DNA from: Octopus vulgaris
Lineage: Eukaryota
Length of the DNA: 64,000 nucleotides
Reading direction: 5' to 3'
Assembly (NCBI GenBank): GCA_951406725.2
Contig: OX597830.1
Location: forward strand, 15,190,001 to 15,254,000
In this document: positions 1 to 13,603 of the stretch, one piece after another
Numbering within the stretch: the first letter of the stretch is position 1
Layout of the letters: each line of letters begins with the position of its first letter
Position numbers and translations under genes: made by a program
Notes under the pieces: generated by a model
Told to the model about the DNA's origin: nothing
What the model saw: the letters and a program-made list of their open reading frames with translations, nothing else
Database searches by the model: none

Positions 1-1
1 A

Positions 2-251
2 CATATTCTGTTGTGTCTGGGGACTCTTTTAATGCCTTATTATTTAACACACTCACCGGTAAAATTCCCACTTATTTCTTATTTTTATTTTCTAAACTTT
101 TCGTTGCATGTTGCGACCTTTTCAATAGTCTTGACTCTTTTATTTTATTTTAGAAAATAAAAATAAGAAATAAGTGGAAATTTTACCGGTGAGTGTGTTA
201 AATGATAAGGCACTCAAAGAGAATGACTCTCCCCAGACACAACAGAATATG
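2..251. mobile_element. Inverted repeat (arms ~2-96 and ~149-251), probably a Penelope-like element end
   Basis: Arms are reverse complements with a few mismatches and a small indel. The minus strand across the spacer reads CTA-TTGAAAA-GGTCGCA-ACA-TGCAAC-GAAA-AGTT-TAG, a hammerhead-like layout. Confidence 0.55.
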
Positions 252-574
252 CTTCAACACACGAACTCATATAAAGAATCTTGCAAACCAATTCCAAAAA
301 CGAAATGTAAATTACATACATATGCAGCATGTGCACGCATGTACATGCAAACTCATGCACATACACACACACACATACATACACCCGCGTGTGTGTACAT
401 CACCTATAGCCACAAACGTGAAACCTCAACATTGCCACACACAACAATGGTTGAAACATGTAAGAATATGTATGTGAGCGTGTGTGTGTTTGTGCGCACG
501 CGCGCGTGTGTGTGTGGGAGTTTATATGTGTATATATGTCTATGTGTGTGTGTATTTGACAGCGATGCATATAC

Positions 575-977
575 GTAGTTATAAATGTATGCCTATGTGT
601 ATGTACGTATTTATGTATGTGTTCATGTTTGTATGTATGTATGTATGTATGTATGCATGTATGTATGTGTGAATGTATGCATGCATGTATGTATGTATGT
701 GTGTATGTATGTATGTGTGTGTGCATGCATGTATGTATGTATGTATGTAGGTATGTATGTATGTAGGTATGTATGTATGTATGTATGTATGTATGTATGT
801 ATGTATGTATGTATGTATGTATGTATGTATGTATGTATGTATGTATGTATGTATGTATGTATGTATGTATGTATGTATGTATGTATGTGTGTATGTATGT
901 ATGCATGCATGTATGCATGTATGTATGTATGTATGTATGCATGTATGTATGTATGTATGTATGCATGCATGTATGTA
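575..977. repeat. (TATG)n microsatellite
   Basis: Direct tetranucleotide repeat. Confidence 0.97.
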
Positions 978-1408
978 TTATCAATAGGCAGAGAAAGGGG
1001 GGCAGAAATGAATGATAATCATGCCTAGTCATTACGCATATTTCCTACGCACGTACGAAACTCACACACCCACACATACACACACATACATAACATACCC
1101 ATACACACACACACACACATGCACACACACACACACACAGACACACACATAACACAACACAAACGTGCACAAACACCCCGCAAACACGTAGACTGCGAAG
1201 TGAGGTTTTTGAAGTCGATCTTAATAATCAAGCAATTATATGCCAACGCCATCTTTAGACGTTATCAAACAGATTTCCAATGATAGGGTTTCACTGTTTT
1301 TACTTCATAAACCTGCCAAACTGCAGCACATCCTCTTTATGTCAGTAAGCAACTATTGGTGTCGACTAAAATATTTAGAATTAATGATGTTTAACTCATT
1401 AATTGATA

Positions 1409-1414
1409 GCTGCA

Positions 1415-1445
<31 letters not shown>

Positions 1446-1480
1446 ATACTGATGCTGCTGCGGCTGCCGCTGTTGTTGTT
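1409..1480. repeat. (CTG)n/(TTG)n trinucleotide repeat
   Basis: Direct repeat. Confidence 0.9.
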
Positions 1481-1581
1481 TTCTTTAAAAGTCTAATGCA
1501 AAAATAGATCCTCCGTCACTTTCGACGATTTCTATTCCAGTTTTGCAGTCAGTCAGTCAGTGAAATTATTGATCTCTTTAC

Positions 1582-1991
1582 CTCTTTTACTCTTTTACTT
1601 GTTTCAGTCATTTGACTGCGGCCATGCTGGAGCACCGCCTTTAATCGAGCAACTCGACCCCGGGACTTATTCTTTTTGTAAGCCCAGTACTTATTCTATC
1701 GGTCTCTTTTGCGGAACCGCTAAGTGACGGGGACGTAAACACACCAGCATCGGTTGTCAAGCAATGCTAGGGGGACAAACACAGACACACAAACACACAC
1801 ACGCATATATATATATACATACACACATATATACGACGGGCTTCTTTCAGTTTCCGTCTACCAAATCCACTCACAAGGCATTGGTTGGCCCGAGGCTATA
1901 GCAGAAAACACTTGCCCAAGGTGCCACGCAGTGGGACTGAACCCGCAACCATGTGGTTGGTAAACAAGCTACTTACCACACAGCCACTCCT
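1582..1991 (-). mobile_element. SINE family A (tRNA-derived, CORE-like body), full length
   Basis: Pol III A/B-box-like head (TGGCTGTGTGG...GGTTCAGTCCC), CACCTTGGGCAAGTGT CORE-like motif, internal TA/TG tract and GTAAAAGA tail repeats. More than 15 similar copies in the window. Confidence 0.92.
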
Positions 1992-2993
1992 CAAGAAGCA
2001 GAATACTCTATATATGCGGGTAACCCTGTTGTAATCGATTTAGGTTGAGTTGAGACTGTGATAAAATATATTCGCCCAAGATGCCAGGCTGCTGGATAGA
2101 ACCCAGGATTTCGTGCTTGTGAAGCGAGCATCTCAACCTCTGCACCATCCATGCTTACGTCCATACACCTATTAAACACCGATCCTGAAAAGTTTCCGCC
2201 CTCCCCATCACCACCAAAACAATTTGGTTTTCTTCCTCTGTTTATTTGTTTATTTACTGATTTGTTAATCGCTGCAGTTTTCCTATCATAAAATCAAACA
2301 TCTCATAACTATAAAATCTTCCTTTTTCTAAAGAAATTAAAATTGGCTTTTAATTATCAATTATTTACTTTCACATAAAAGATTTTTGGTCGAGATGAGC
2401 GAATTTACCATGAAGTGTGTCTCAAAATGCAACTAATAGTGGCTTATGGATATAACAACCATCGTTTCTGACCACCCCCTTTGCTTCATCGTAAACCGTT
2501 AGAGAAAATGACTGCGAGGGAACTAGCTGCCTTCTCTCTCTAATTACTGACCATCAAACTACTACCGCTGTTACAGGATTGTAATTAATCACAACACGAT
2601 TCTTATTCATTAAAACAATACAGAATTTGGACTTTTGATGTATCTGCCTAATTCTAGTTTTGAAATAGTGTGAGTGAGAAGCGCTTCGTTTTCTCTGCGA
2701 ATCATTTAAGAGTGCAAAAGGGAAACTTTAGTTTTCAATACTAAAAACCTATCAACGTATTAAGATATGTTTTAATTGCTTCAGCTTCCTCCCCGCCACG
2801 TTTCTCTACTTACGTAGTAATCAGTATGGTGGCAGATGCAAATTAACGGTAATCTGTGAATGTTTCTCTGATGGAGACTGTAAAACCCCTGTGTTTAAGT
2901 ATAGATGTCCAACACAGATAATAAGCAAGTACCAGAATATCAACATATACATCCACGCACGCCACACACACACACACACACACACACATATGC

Positions 2994-3232
<239 letters not shown>

Positions 3233-3255
3233 GTCTTTCTGTCTATCTCTGTCTA

Positions 3256-3292
<37 letters not shown>

Positions 3293-3490
3293 ACACACAC
3301 ACACGCATGCACACATACACATACTCATATAGTCGCGCACAGCATTTACAACTCCAATCAAAATTTACTTTTCCTCTCATCTATTCTCATTAATCTGCAA
3401 ATAAACAGATAAATACGTTGTTTTCAGAACGCGCGCGCGCATCTCTGTGTATGTTTGTGTGCGCGTGTGCGCGCGCTTCTGCGTGTGTGT

Positions 3491-3632
3491 CAGGCGTGGT
3501 TGTGTGGTAAGATGGTAACTTCTTAACTACATGATTCCCGGTTCAGTCCCACAGCGTGGCACCTTTTGCGAGTGTCTTCTACTATAGCCTCTGGACGACC
3601 ATGACCTTCTGAGTCGATTTGAAAACTGAAAG
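3491..3632 (+). mobile_element. SINE family A, 5' half
   Basis: Diverged head and body matching other A copies, followed by (TA)n. Confidence 0.8.
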
Positions 3633-3640
3633 GTGCCTTT

Positions 3641-3790
<150 letters not shown>

Positions 3791-3959
3791 AATGTAGGAT
3801 TAAATTTTTCGAAAACAATTCAATCAATGGCCAGCATATTAAAAATACCTTTAAAGGTTAAATTTATAAACAATTCATAAGTAAGGGCAAAAGAAAAAAT
3901 TGGCAGTAGAATTTTTTTTCTTTTGCTCTTACTTATAAATTGTTTATATATATATAAAC

Positions 3960-4135
3960 AATTTTTCCTCTGTCTTCCCTTCTCTGGATCTTTCCTTCTC
4001 CTATGTTTCCGACGAAGAGCTCCGCTCAAAACGTTAAACCCTCCTTCTTTCCTGAGCGTCCAATAATACTATATTTGTTCCACGTCCTCGCGTTGTTGTG
4101 TTTTTTTTGTGCTTTCTTGTTTGGATTAACTATAT
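3960..4135 (+). mobile_element. Probable Penelope-like terminal fragment
   Basis: CCGACGA-AGAGC-TCC-GCTC-AAAAC hammerhead-like motif followed by TTCCTGAGCGT..TAATAC. Related to 47340-47495 and 48170-48360. Confidence 0.5.
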
Positions 4136-4220
4136 ATATATATAACAAAGTGGAGTTGTGGGGTACCGCACGAGTGGAATTATATACGAAAGAAAATGCA
4201 ATTTAAAAGATATTTATTTA

Positions 4221-4259
4221 CTTTACCGGTTTCACTCTTTGGAAAAAGATTGTCAAAAG
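4221..4259 (-). ncRNA. Degenerate minimal type-I hammerhead ribozyme motif
   Basis: CTT-TTGACAA-TCTT..AAGA-GT-GAAAC-CG-GTA-AAG: stems I and II, palindromic stem III, GUA site. Core deviates from CUGANGA. Confidence 0.45.
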
Positions 4260-4417
4260 TAACATGTGGAGGTTTGGTTGCGTTAATTATTGGTTGTTGC
4301 AAATTGCTACATTACATATATACAGTCTTTGGTAACAGGGACATGTTAAGGACATAAAAAAGTTCAACAAGTTCCTTAAAATATTGGGCACAAAAGATTA
4401 CATAAATAATCGTTCTC

Positions 4418-4480
4418 AATAGCTGGATTACCCGGAAATACCCGGAAAACCAGGGGTTATTTCCAGTACCCGTTCCCATT
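4418..4480 (-). mobile_element. Helitron-like 3' end (family H2)
   Basis: GC hairpin followed by CAGCTAT; homologous to 33130-33188, which ends in CTAG. Confidence 0.5.
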
Positions 4481-5077
4481 ATACTGTTTCACGTATTATT
4501 CCGTTCCCTGTTCAGTTCCCGTTTGTTCCATTCTCGTTCCATCCCCAATCCTATGTTAATATATAAATTTTAGAATCAGATAGGAATAATTAAGCCATTA
4601 GATATCTTATTATGGTGATAGTTTATTGCTAAAGAAATAGGTATTACAAACTATTAACACGATTAGTGGGTGAATAACGAATGTCCCTATATTATTTTAA
4701 CAAACGAATATGCATCTAAGTAAAATAAAGTAGATGAATAAATAGATTTACAAATATATTGACAACTAGTCCGCGTAGTGTAGCTGGCATTGCCGCGTGT
4801 CGTAGCTTACCGTAATTGATTTGTAAACATGTGCTGCAGCCCCACTCCCTGGGGCGCACGTTATAGATTTTTATTGAAATCCAATTTGCCTATAATTCAG
4901 CTGGATGTTAGGAACAAGTAAATAGCAAAACTGGATTTCACCTGGAAAATTATTTCAATATACAAAATTTGAAGATTTTGACGTAATTTTAAAATCTCGC
5001 AATATGTGATAGCAACGGGGAAGACCCTACAAAAGTGCGGGCAGAAGGTTATAGGACTTGACACACACACGCACGCA

Positions 5078-5109
<32 letters not shown>

Positions 5110-5230
5110 TACGCAAACACACACACACACATACAAATATACAAACGTACACACAAGTAACAACGAGTTTAAAACGGTGTATAGTAGACATATATATATA
5201 TATGTACCTTTGTATGTATGTATATGCATG

Positions 5231-5274
<44 letters not shown>

Positions 5275-5724
5275 ATAGAGAGAGAGAGAGAAAGAGTATT
5301 TCTTTGCGATGGAGAGCAGAAAAGTCACCTACCCACTCTCTCCTTAAAGCTACGTATAAGTCCTGGTGTCGATTTGCTCGACAAAAGACGGTGCTCCAGC
5401 ATGGCCGCAGTCAAATGATTGAAACAAGATAAAAAACAAAAAAAGAAAAAGAGCCATAAATATTGCCAGATAAATATTTAAAGGAATATCTACACGCCTC
5501 TCTAGAATTGCTCCTTCAGTTGGAACCCCTTCCTCTACATTTGGTACATCTGCTAATGACAGATGAAGAAGCTTTGACGTGCGAGGTTTCCAATATTTCT
5601 GCTATCATGTCAACTCCGATCTCCGATTTCCTTACGTTTCACGTACAAGACTGAGGACCTCTAGTAACTATACACGTATGTATAGAAGTGCTTATGCATG
5701 TGTTAGTGGGTGTGTATAAATGAA

Positions 5725-6044
5725 GGCGCGAAGCTTAGTGGTTGGGGTATTCGGCTCGCGATTGTAAGAACGTGGGTTCGATTCCTAGCAGAGCGCTGTG
5801 TCCTTGAATAAGACCCTTTATTTCACCCTTCTTCCAGACCACTCTCCTGGCAAAAATGTGTAGTGCCAGTATGTCGAAGGGCAGGCCTTGTCACGTTCTG
5901 TGCCGTGCTGAAACTCTCTGTGAACTACGTTGAGATTACGCGTGTCTGTTGAGTGCTCAGTCACTTGTACGTTAATGTCACGAGCAAGGTGTTCTGTTGA
6001 CCGGGTCAGCTCGAACGCACGTCGTCGTAACCGACGGAGTGCCA
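5725..6044 (+). mobile_element. tRNA-derived SINE (family E, CORE-like)
   Basis: A box CTTAGTGGTT, B box GGTTCGATTCC, then GTGTCCTTGAATAAGAC CORE-like segment. Confidence 0.75.
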
Positions 6045-6096
6045 GGTTTATGCGTTTATACATACATGATTAATATGCATTACTCTGCCAGGAACA

Positions 6097-6308
6097 GAGG
6101 GCCGGCTTCCCAGTTTCTCTGCTGTATATATTCCTCCATAGAGGCGGGAGCCGGTCCACTGCAAGGTTACCCATTTTTACCAGATGATTAAAGAGGAACA
6201 ACGTGAAATGAAGGGTTTTGCTCAAGGACACAACGCGTTACCCAATCCAGGAATTGAAACCACAATTCTTCGATCATGTGTACAACAACCTAACCACATT
6301 TGCGCCTT
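6097..6308 (-). mobile_element. tRNA-derived SINE related to family C, diverged
   Basis: Minus strand has GGTTTCAATTCC B box and GTGTCCTTGAGCAAAAC; tail resembles 54400-54480. Confidence 0.65.
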
Positions 6309-6351
6309 CAAATGTATACACACACACACACACATATATATATATACATCC

Positions 6352-6580
6352 TTTTATTCTTTTACTTGTTCCAGTCATTTGATTGCGGACATACTGGAGC
6401 ACCACCTTAAAGGATTTTAATCGAAGAAGAAATCGACCCCAAGACGTATTCTTTGTAACCGTAGTACTTGTTCTATCGGTCTCTTTTGCCGTACCACTAG
6501 CTTACAGGAACATAAACACACCAGCTTACGATTGACAAGCGATAGCTGGTGCATAAACAGAGACACACACACACACAAAT
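6352..6580 (-). mobile_element. SINE family A, 3' half
   Basis: Matches the 3' half of A copies. Confidence 0.8.
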
Positions 6581-6617
6581 ATGTAAATACACACACGCAT
6601 ATCTATCTATCTATCTA

Positions 6618-6674
<57 letters not shown>

Positions 6675-6798
6675 TTTTGTATGTATGTATATATATATTA
6701 TGTATGTATGTGTAGATCAGAAAATATACTATAAACACAAAATGAATGATCATATTCTACTAGGAGCTCTAAATTCACCAACACCAGTCATTTATCTA

Positions 6799-6930
<132 letters not shown>

Positions 6931-8065
6931 AGTGACTGCTTATTTCTGAGATAAGTCAAACGATAGACACCTCTGACGAGAGCTCAATAAGGTTCGAAAA
7001 TCGTTTGCAGTTATTCATATTTTTTCAATATACGTTGAAAGAGTTTAAATTTGCCACGTTACATTTCTTCTACGTAGGTTTACATATATTATATATATAT
7101 ACTTTGATAATGTGTGGACTGGGATATCGGTTGATGCTGGGTGTGGAGTTTTTAGTTTACAAGTTACAAATAATCCATGTGTTAGGAGATAGAAGCCAAA
7201 TAAAATGGGAGACATTTATAACTTATCAACGAGCAATACGTGTTCAAGTGGTGCCATACCATTTTAGAATCGCAAACTTTGTCGGAATCACAATTGACCA
7301 AATGGAAAATTCATTTCTTATATTGCTCAATATACGCTTCGATAAATGTTTCTTAAAGAATGCCCTCTGCTAATCGCAATACACATAGCAATGCCCCTAT
7401 GTAATCAAATGCGCTAAAAAATTTCGTATTTAATCACAGCACATTAAACATTCTCACAGACTAATCAGAATTTACAGAATATAATTCCTTATGAATCTAT
7501 TTGCATTTATAAAACAATGTTCTGAACCCAAAAACTAAAACAAAGCACATTTTTCTGCATAACTGAGATGAAACATAAGGATTCATACGAAATATGAACT
7601 CGCTCTTTTTTATATACTACGCCAAGCTTCCATTTTTTTCTTTTAACTGATCCACTATTGTACTGCAAACATTAAGCTGTTCTTATTTCCACTGTAGACA
7701 GATCTAAAAATGGAGAACAGACGACATTTTGAATCATGCAGTTAAGAAATCCGAATTTTAAAATAACACCAAAGCCTCACAGCAATGATATAACTTGTAC
7801 GTTGTTGAAGGAACCTATCGCTTCTCATTCTTAGATTCCGATCTACTTCACATGTAGCCACTTAACATATCTCAGACATTTTTCTTTGTTAGCACAGAGT
7901 GTGATGAAAACAAAATAATCATTGAACACACACTCTCACTCTCTCTCTCTCTCTCTCTTGCAACACTAATACATTACAATTTGCCGAGCTATGTTAATTT
8001 ATATATAGATACATATATATAAACATACATATACACATACACATACGTATATATATATGTATATA

Positions 8066-8183
<118 letters not shown>

Positions 8184-9189
8184 TACATTTATATGTACAT
8201 GTATGTATCTATTATATATTGATATTGTATTGTTTGACGTACTCATCTATATGTACGTGTGTTGTTGAGGCATGTTTGTGTGTGTGTTTGTGTGTCATTC
8301 TATGTTTCTAATTGTTTTGATGCGGATGATTTCTTATATCTTTCAAGATTTTGTATATTTTAATATTAGATACCCGACAACATCTAATATCAACTGTAGG
8401 CAGTGATCACGATTAAATGCTGCGAAAGAAAAAAAAGACAAGCTCAGAAATGATTTATTTAAGTTAAACCAAATCTAACTTCCAATATCTTTAATGAAAA
8501 CTTAAATTATTGCAACAATCAAAACGAAAGTTTTTGGATAATTTTTTTCTGCTTCCCCAAGAAGCATATTTGTGATTATAATATAATCAATATTTCAACG
8601 ACATGAGTTCATTTAACTATTTAATTAATTTCAATAAATATATTCTGGAACAAATACTGAACAGAAATTCTAATTTTAATGTTTTCTGCAACTTACAAAC
8701 ACACAAAAAAAAAAAAAAATTAATAAAATTAAAATCAAACACGTAGTTTCGGCAAAGTCAGAAATTTCATATTATATAAAAATATCCAATTGGACAGTTA
8801 TTCATCAATGTTTAATTTCGTTTCTCACCGCCCTCCCCCTAGTTGTCACCCCACCACTACAACCACCACCAACACCATCACTGCCATATTTGGTGTTCCG
8901 TTTGGATTTTGCTTGTTTTTGTTTTTGTTTGTTTCACTTTTTTTTTTTATTTGTTATTGTTATTGTCTAATTTTTATTTATCTTTTTTGATTATTTGATC
9001 AAAGCGTCTTCATATGACTGGTGATTTATTAGATAAGGTTTTCAACTCAATCTCCCCAGACCTATCAGTTTAATGGTACAATAAGTAGTTTCACACGGCA
9101 ATTGCATATCCAAGTAAACCATCGTAGCTTTTAAGAATTCTAAGCATTTCGATGTTGTGATTATTTCTTAATAACTATCTACCCTTATA

Positions 9190-9730
<541 letters not shown>

Positions 9731-10180
9731 GTATATATGTCTATCTGTGGATGTGTGTGTGGGGGGAGGTGTCTGTGTGTGTAACGGATATGTTTATATA
9801 TAATTATGTCTCTTGTTATCTTTCGGTACAGATGTGCTGACAAATCTGGAAATATATTTTGATGTACGAAAATCCATGTAAATATTTAGCGCAATCATAT
9901 AAAACGTCTTTTTAATTGAAATACGTATGGAACTTTAAATTATGGGTTTGAGATACGAAATATATTCGCAAAATAAATGCCGGGGTCCAGACGATATGGT
10001 TGATCGACTTGCTAGAAACAGCAGTCAAATATCACTCAAGTCATACATTTATTTCCCCCTCTTATTAAAAGAAAGCCACACTGAATATACTACATCTAAA
10101 TGAAAGACGGGATGGTCATGGTTGTAATGGCTTTGATCATTGGTCTGTTCCAGCAGAGCTAACTCGGGGGATAAACATAA

Positions 10181-10545
10181 GCGCAGAGAGGGCTGTGCGG
10201 TAATAAGCTTGGTCGATTCTGGGTTCAGTCACACTGAATGGCACCTTGGGCAAGTGTCTTCTACCATAGCCTCGGGCCGAATAAAGATTTGTGAGTGGAT
10301 TTGGTCGACGAAAACTGAAAGAAGCCCGTTGAATGTGTGTGAGTGTGTGTGTGTATGTGTGTGTGTGTATGTGTGTGTCTTTGTGTTTGTCAAGCACCAC
10401 CACCACCATTTGACAACCTGCATTGGTGTCTTCACATCCCTGTAGCTTAGTGGCTCGGCAAAAGAAACCGACAGATTAAGTACCAAGGTAGATTCACTCA
10501 ACAAAAAATTCTTCGAGGCGGTGCCCCAGCATGGGCACTGAAACA
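10181..10545 (+). mobile_element. SINE family A
   Basis: Head, CORE-like motif, internal TG tract and tail. Confidence 0.85.
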
Positions 10546-10729
10546 TGCAAAATGTATATTCTTGAGACGTGTGCTCTGGAGTAAAGTTTTAATCGTGAAA
10601 CAGGAGTTCAAATTTGCGTTAAGCATTCATTAATTACATAGCAGTAAGAGAAGGGGGGCCGTTTAATCATTCAAATTCATCGGGTCATCTACAATAAAGA
10701 GAATCGTAGTGTGCGTCTGTGTCTGTGTG

Positions 10730-10775
<46 letters not shown>

Positions 10776-11657
10776 AGTGTGTGTGTACGTGAGTGTGTGT
10801 GTGTGTGCGTGAGTTTTTATGTGTGAATGTGTGTGTGTGTACGTGAGTTTATGTGTGTGTGTGTGTGTGCCATATGCATATAGCGTGTATGCGTTCAGTC
10901 CAGGAATCTTAAATAGAGAATCCCTGGAATGTTTTACATCTCATCACTGCTTTTCTAATCGACTGTATTTGGAGAAGGCAAATTATTTTGTTTCGTTTCT
11001 GTTTCGAAAACTCCAGCTATTCTAGGCTTCTCTTGCGAATCTGGAGCTACATGGGTCAGTGCACCATTGGTAACATGCACAAATGAAAACCTATAGCCTA
11101 AATATAAGCATGGCAAGTTTCACATTAATCCTCCACAGATGTCCCCCTTTTCTCGAATTCACAACGAGACATTAACATCTGCCAGGCTGATAACCTCTAC
11201 AGCAGTGCATGGCTTCTACTTCCTGTCCCATATAACAATAGCTGGCCTATTCTGTTTACGCCAAGTCCAGTTTTTATAGGCATGCTTCACAAGTATTTAT
11301 TATTTGTGAAATTGTGGATATTTCTGCTTCTGGTGTGCTGTTGGTATGGCAGTCAGGACACTCCTTTCTTCCGTATAGCATTATAGACGCTTTTAACGAT
11401 AATCTCTTGCCTCGTACTATCTCGCAGGCAATTTTGGATAAAATGGATCTTCTACACTAATATGGCACAGTCGACTTTTTCTGTCACGACGTGCAGGTCT
11501 GGAGGCATCATTATTTCTCTTGTTGATCAGATATTTAGAAGCTATCTACTGTCCCTGGATAGCAAAGCTTATGCAAATGCGTACACGTTTAAATGAGATA
11601 TGATGGATCTGTCACAGGTCGAAGAGAGTCTATTACTACTGTTGATATCCTCTGGCC

Positions 11658-12139
11658 CAGTGGTGCTCAAAAGGGTCCATATGGCCCTCGGGGGTCCTTA
11701 TAAGATTTTGTTGTTAAAATTTACTTGCAATAAAATGATTATATATTTCTTTACTACCCACAAGGGGCTAAACACAGAGAGGACAAACAAGGACAGACAA
11801 ACGGATTAAGCCGATTACATCGACCCCAGTGCGTAACTAATACTTAATTTATCGACCCCAAAAGGATGAAAGGCAAAGTCGACCTCGGCGGAATTTGAAC
11901 CCAGAACGTAGCGGCAGACGAAATACGGCTACGCATTTCGCCCAGCGTGCTAACGATTCTGCCAGCTCGCCGCCCAATAAACTGATTGTACTTCAGCCCA
12001 ATAATACTTCAACAATACACAAAATGTCTTAACAGTTTCTTTTATACAATTCCTAATATTATTAAGGTATAAAAATATAGGATTTTTTTGCAACAGGAAT
12101 CAGAGGGGTCCCTAGTTTAAAAATGATTGGGAACTGCTG
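11658..12139. mobile_element. hAT(Charlie)-like MITE
   Basis: Ends CAGTGGTGCTCAA / TTGGGAACTGCTG; flanks CTCTGGCC / CTCTAGTT resemble a decayed 8-bp TSD of the NTCTAGAN type. Confidence 0.6.
11746..11974 (-). mobile_element. SINE family B (tail type 1), nested in the MITE
   Basis: Full head GGCGGCGAGCTGGCAG and B box GGTTCAAATTCC; flanking duplication CAATAAAATGATTATA / CAATAAACTGATTGTA. Confidence 0.92.
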
Positions 12140-12189
12140 CTCTAGTTCGTTGGATATGTACTCACGTGTACTTCCTGTCAGTATACTCC

Positions 12190-12582
12190 TTACTCTTTTA
12201 CTCTTTTACTTGTTTCAGTCATTTGACTGCGGCCGTGCTGGAGCACCGTCTTTAGTCGAGCAAATCGACCCCAGGACTTATTGTTTTGTAAGCCTAGTAC
12301 TTATTCTATCGATATTTTTGCCCAACCGCTAAGTTACGAGAACGTAAACACACCAGCATCGGTTGTCAAGCGATGTAGCGGGGACAAACACAGGCACACA
12401 AACACACACACATATACATATATACGATGGGCTTCTTTCAGTTTCCGTCTACTAAATCCACTCACAAGGCATTGGTCGGCCCGAGGCTATAATAGGAGAC
12501 ACTTGCCCAAGGTGCCATGCAGTGGGACTGAACCCGGAACCATATGGTTGGTAAGCAAGCTACTTACCACACAGCCACTCCT
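12190..12582 (-). mobile_element. SINE family A, full length
   Basis: Close match to 1582-1991. Confidence 0.92.
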
Positions 12583-12889
12583 GATGAATATTTCTCCAAA
12601 CCTCTATGAAAGTAGGTAAGTCGAGCCACCCACGATCCACATGGAACAGCTGCACACTCATGCTGCTTGTTCAGAAGTTCTTCGCCTTATCACGTTTTGG
12701 TTTTAGCGGTCGAGTATACTTATGATATATTAATTTTTCCCTTTACTGTTCAGTGAGTGTTATCTAAGCGACACGATGTGGCACTCGTAGGATGATCTTA
12801 TTTCTCTGCCTCCGTTCTTATTTTTTACTTTGATCTTGTCAGTGTTTCTGTTGTGGGTGTTACAAGTCCTTGTTAGTATCTTCCTAGAA

Positions 12890-13120
12890 GGCGGCGAGCC
12901 GGCAGAAACGTTAGCACGCCGGACGAAATGCGTAGCCGTATTTCGTCTGTCGTTACGTTCTGAGTTCAAATTCCGCAGAGGTCAACTTTGCCTTTCATCA
13001 TTTCGGGGTCGATAAATTAAGTACCAGTTACGCACTGGGGTCGATGTTATCGACTTAATCCCTTTGTCTGTCCTTGTTTGTCCCCTCTATGTTTAGCCCC
13101 TTGTGGGCAATAAAGAAATA
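12890..13120 (+). mobile_element. SINE family B (tail type 1) with 12-bp TSD
   Basis: TSD GTATCTTCCTAG at 12876-12887 and 13122-13133. Confidence 0.93.
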
Positions 13121-13603
13121 CGTATCTTCCTAGTCCAAATGATCAAATTGCGGATTTCTTCAAGTGTCCAGTCTTGAAATCCCAGCGTTGGGTACCAGCA
13201 GTGTGAGTACTAGCAGTGTGCAATCTACTGGAGTATATTTGGGGACATTCAAGCTTTTCTCAGAAAACCAATGTGCGCAACATTCTCGTCGGTTGGTGTT
13301 CATAGTCCTTGTTTGGCCTATAACCATTCTTGTTTGACTGTTAGATACAAACATTTATCTGAGCAAACCCCATATTATTATAACCAGCTCCAATCGTCTT
13401 TTAATGTTATCACTTGAACACAATTTAATGTCATCAAAAAGAGTTGAGGATGACATTAATTTGTCTCTTCCCTACAGCTCGTATCATGTAAGCTTTTGCA
13501 TTTGCCAAGGGATTCACTACTAGGAATAGAAGCATTACATATAAGCCATCAATATCCCTGTTGGTAGCCTAATTCTTTCAATAACTATGGTACAAGCCAT
13601 AGT

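Noticed and set aside
174-1032. Long ORFs rich in YI/HT/CV/MYVC (also ~2800-3400, 15544-16411, 42836-43727, 48877-49823 and others)
   Set aside because: They are translations of stop-free microsatellites, not genes.
1754-1963. Recurrent short ORFs ending [16 protein letters not shown] (also 32382, 46668, 51801)
   Set aside because: Chance frames in the antisense strand of SINE-A; the recurrence reflects the repeat.
5463-5654. Possible exon or LINE fragment (LYVKRKE on the minus strand)
   Set aside because: Only one short motif, no supporting neighbours and no clear splice context.
8990-9040. Cluster of TCF, Pbx-Hox and GATA-like words
   Set aside because: Such short motifs are expected by chance in AT-rich DNA, and no conservation data are available.
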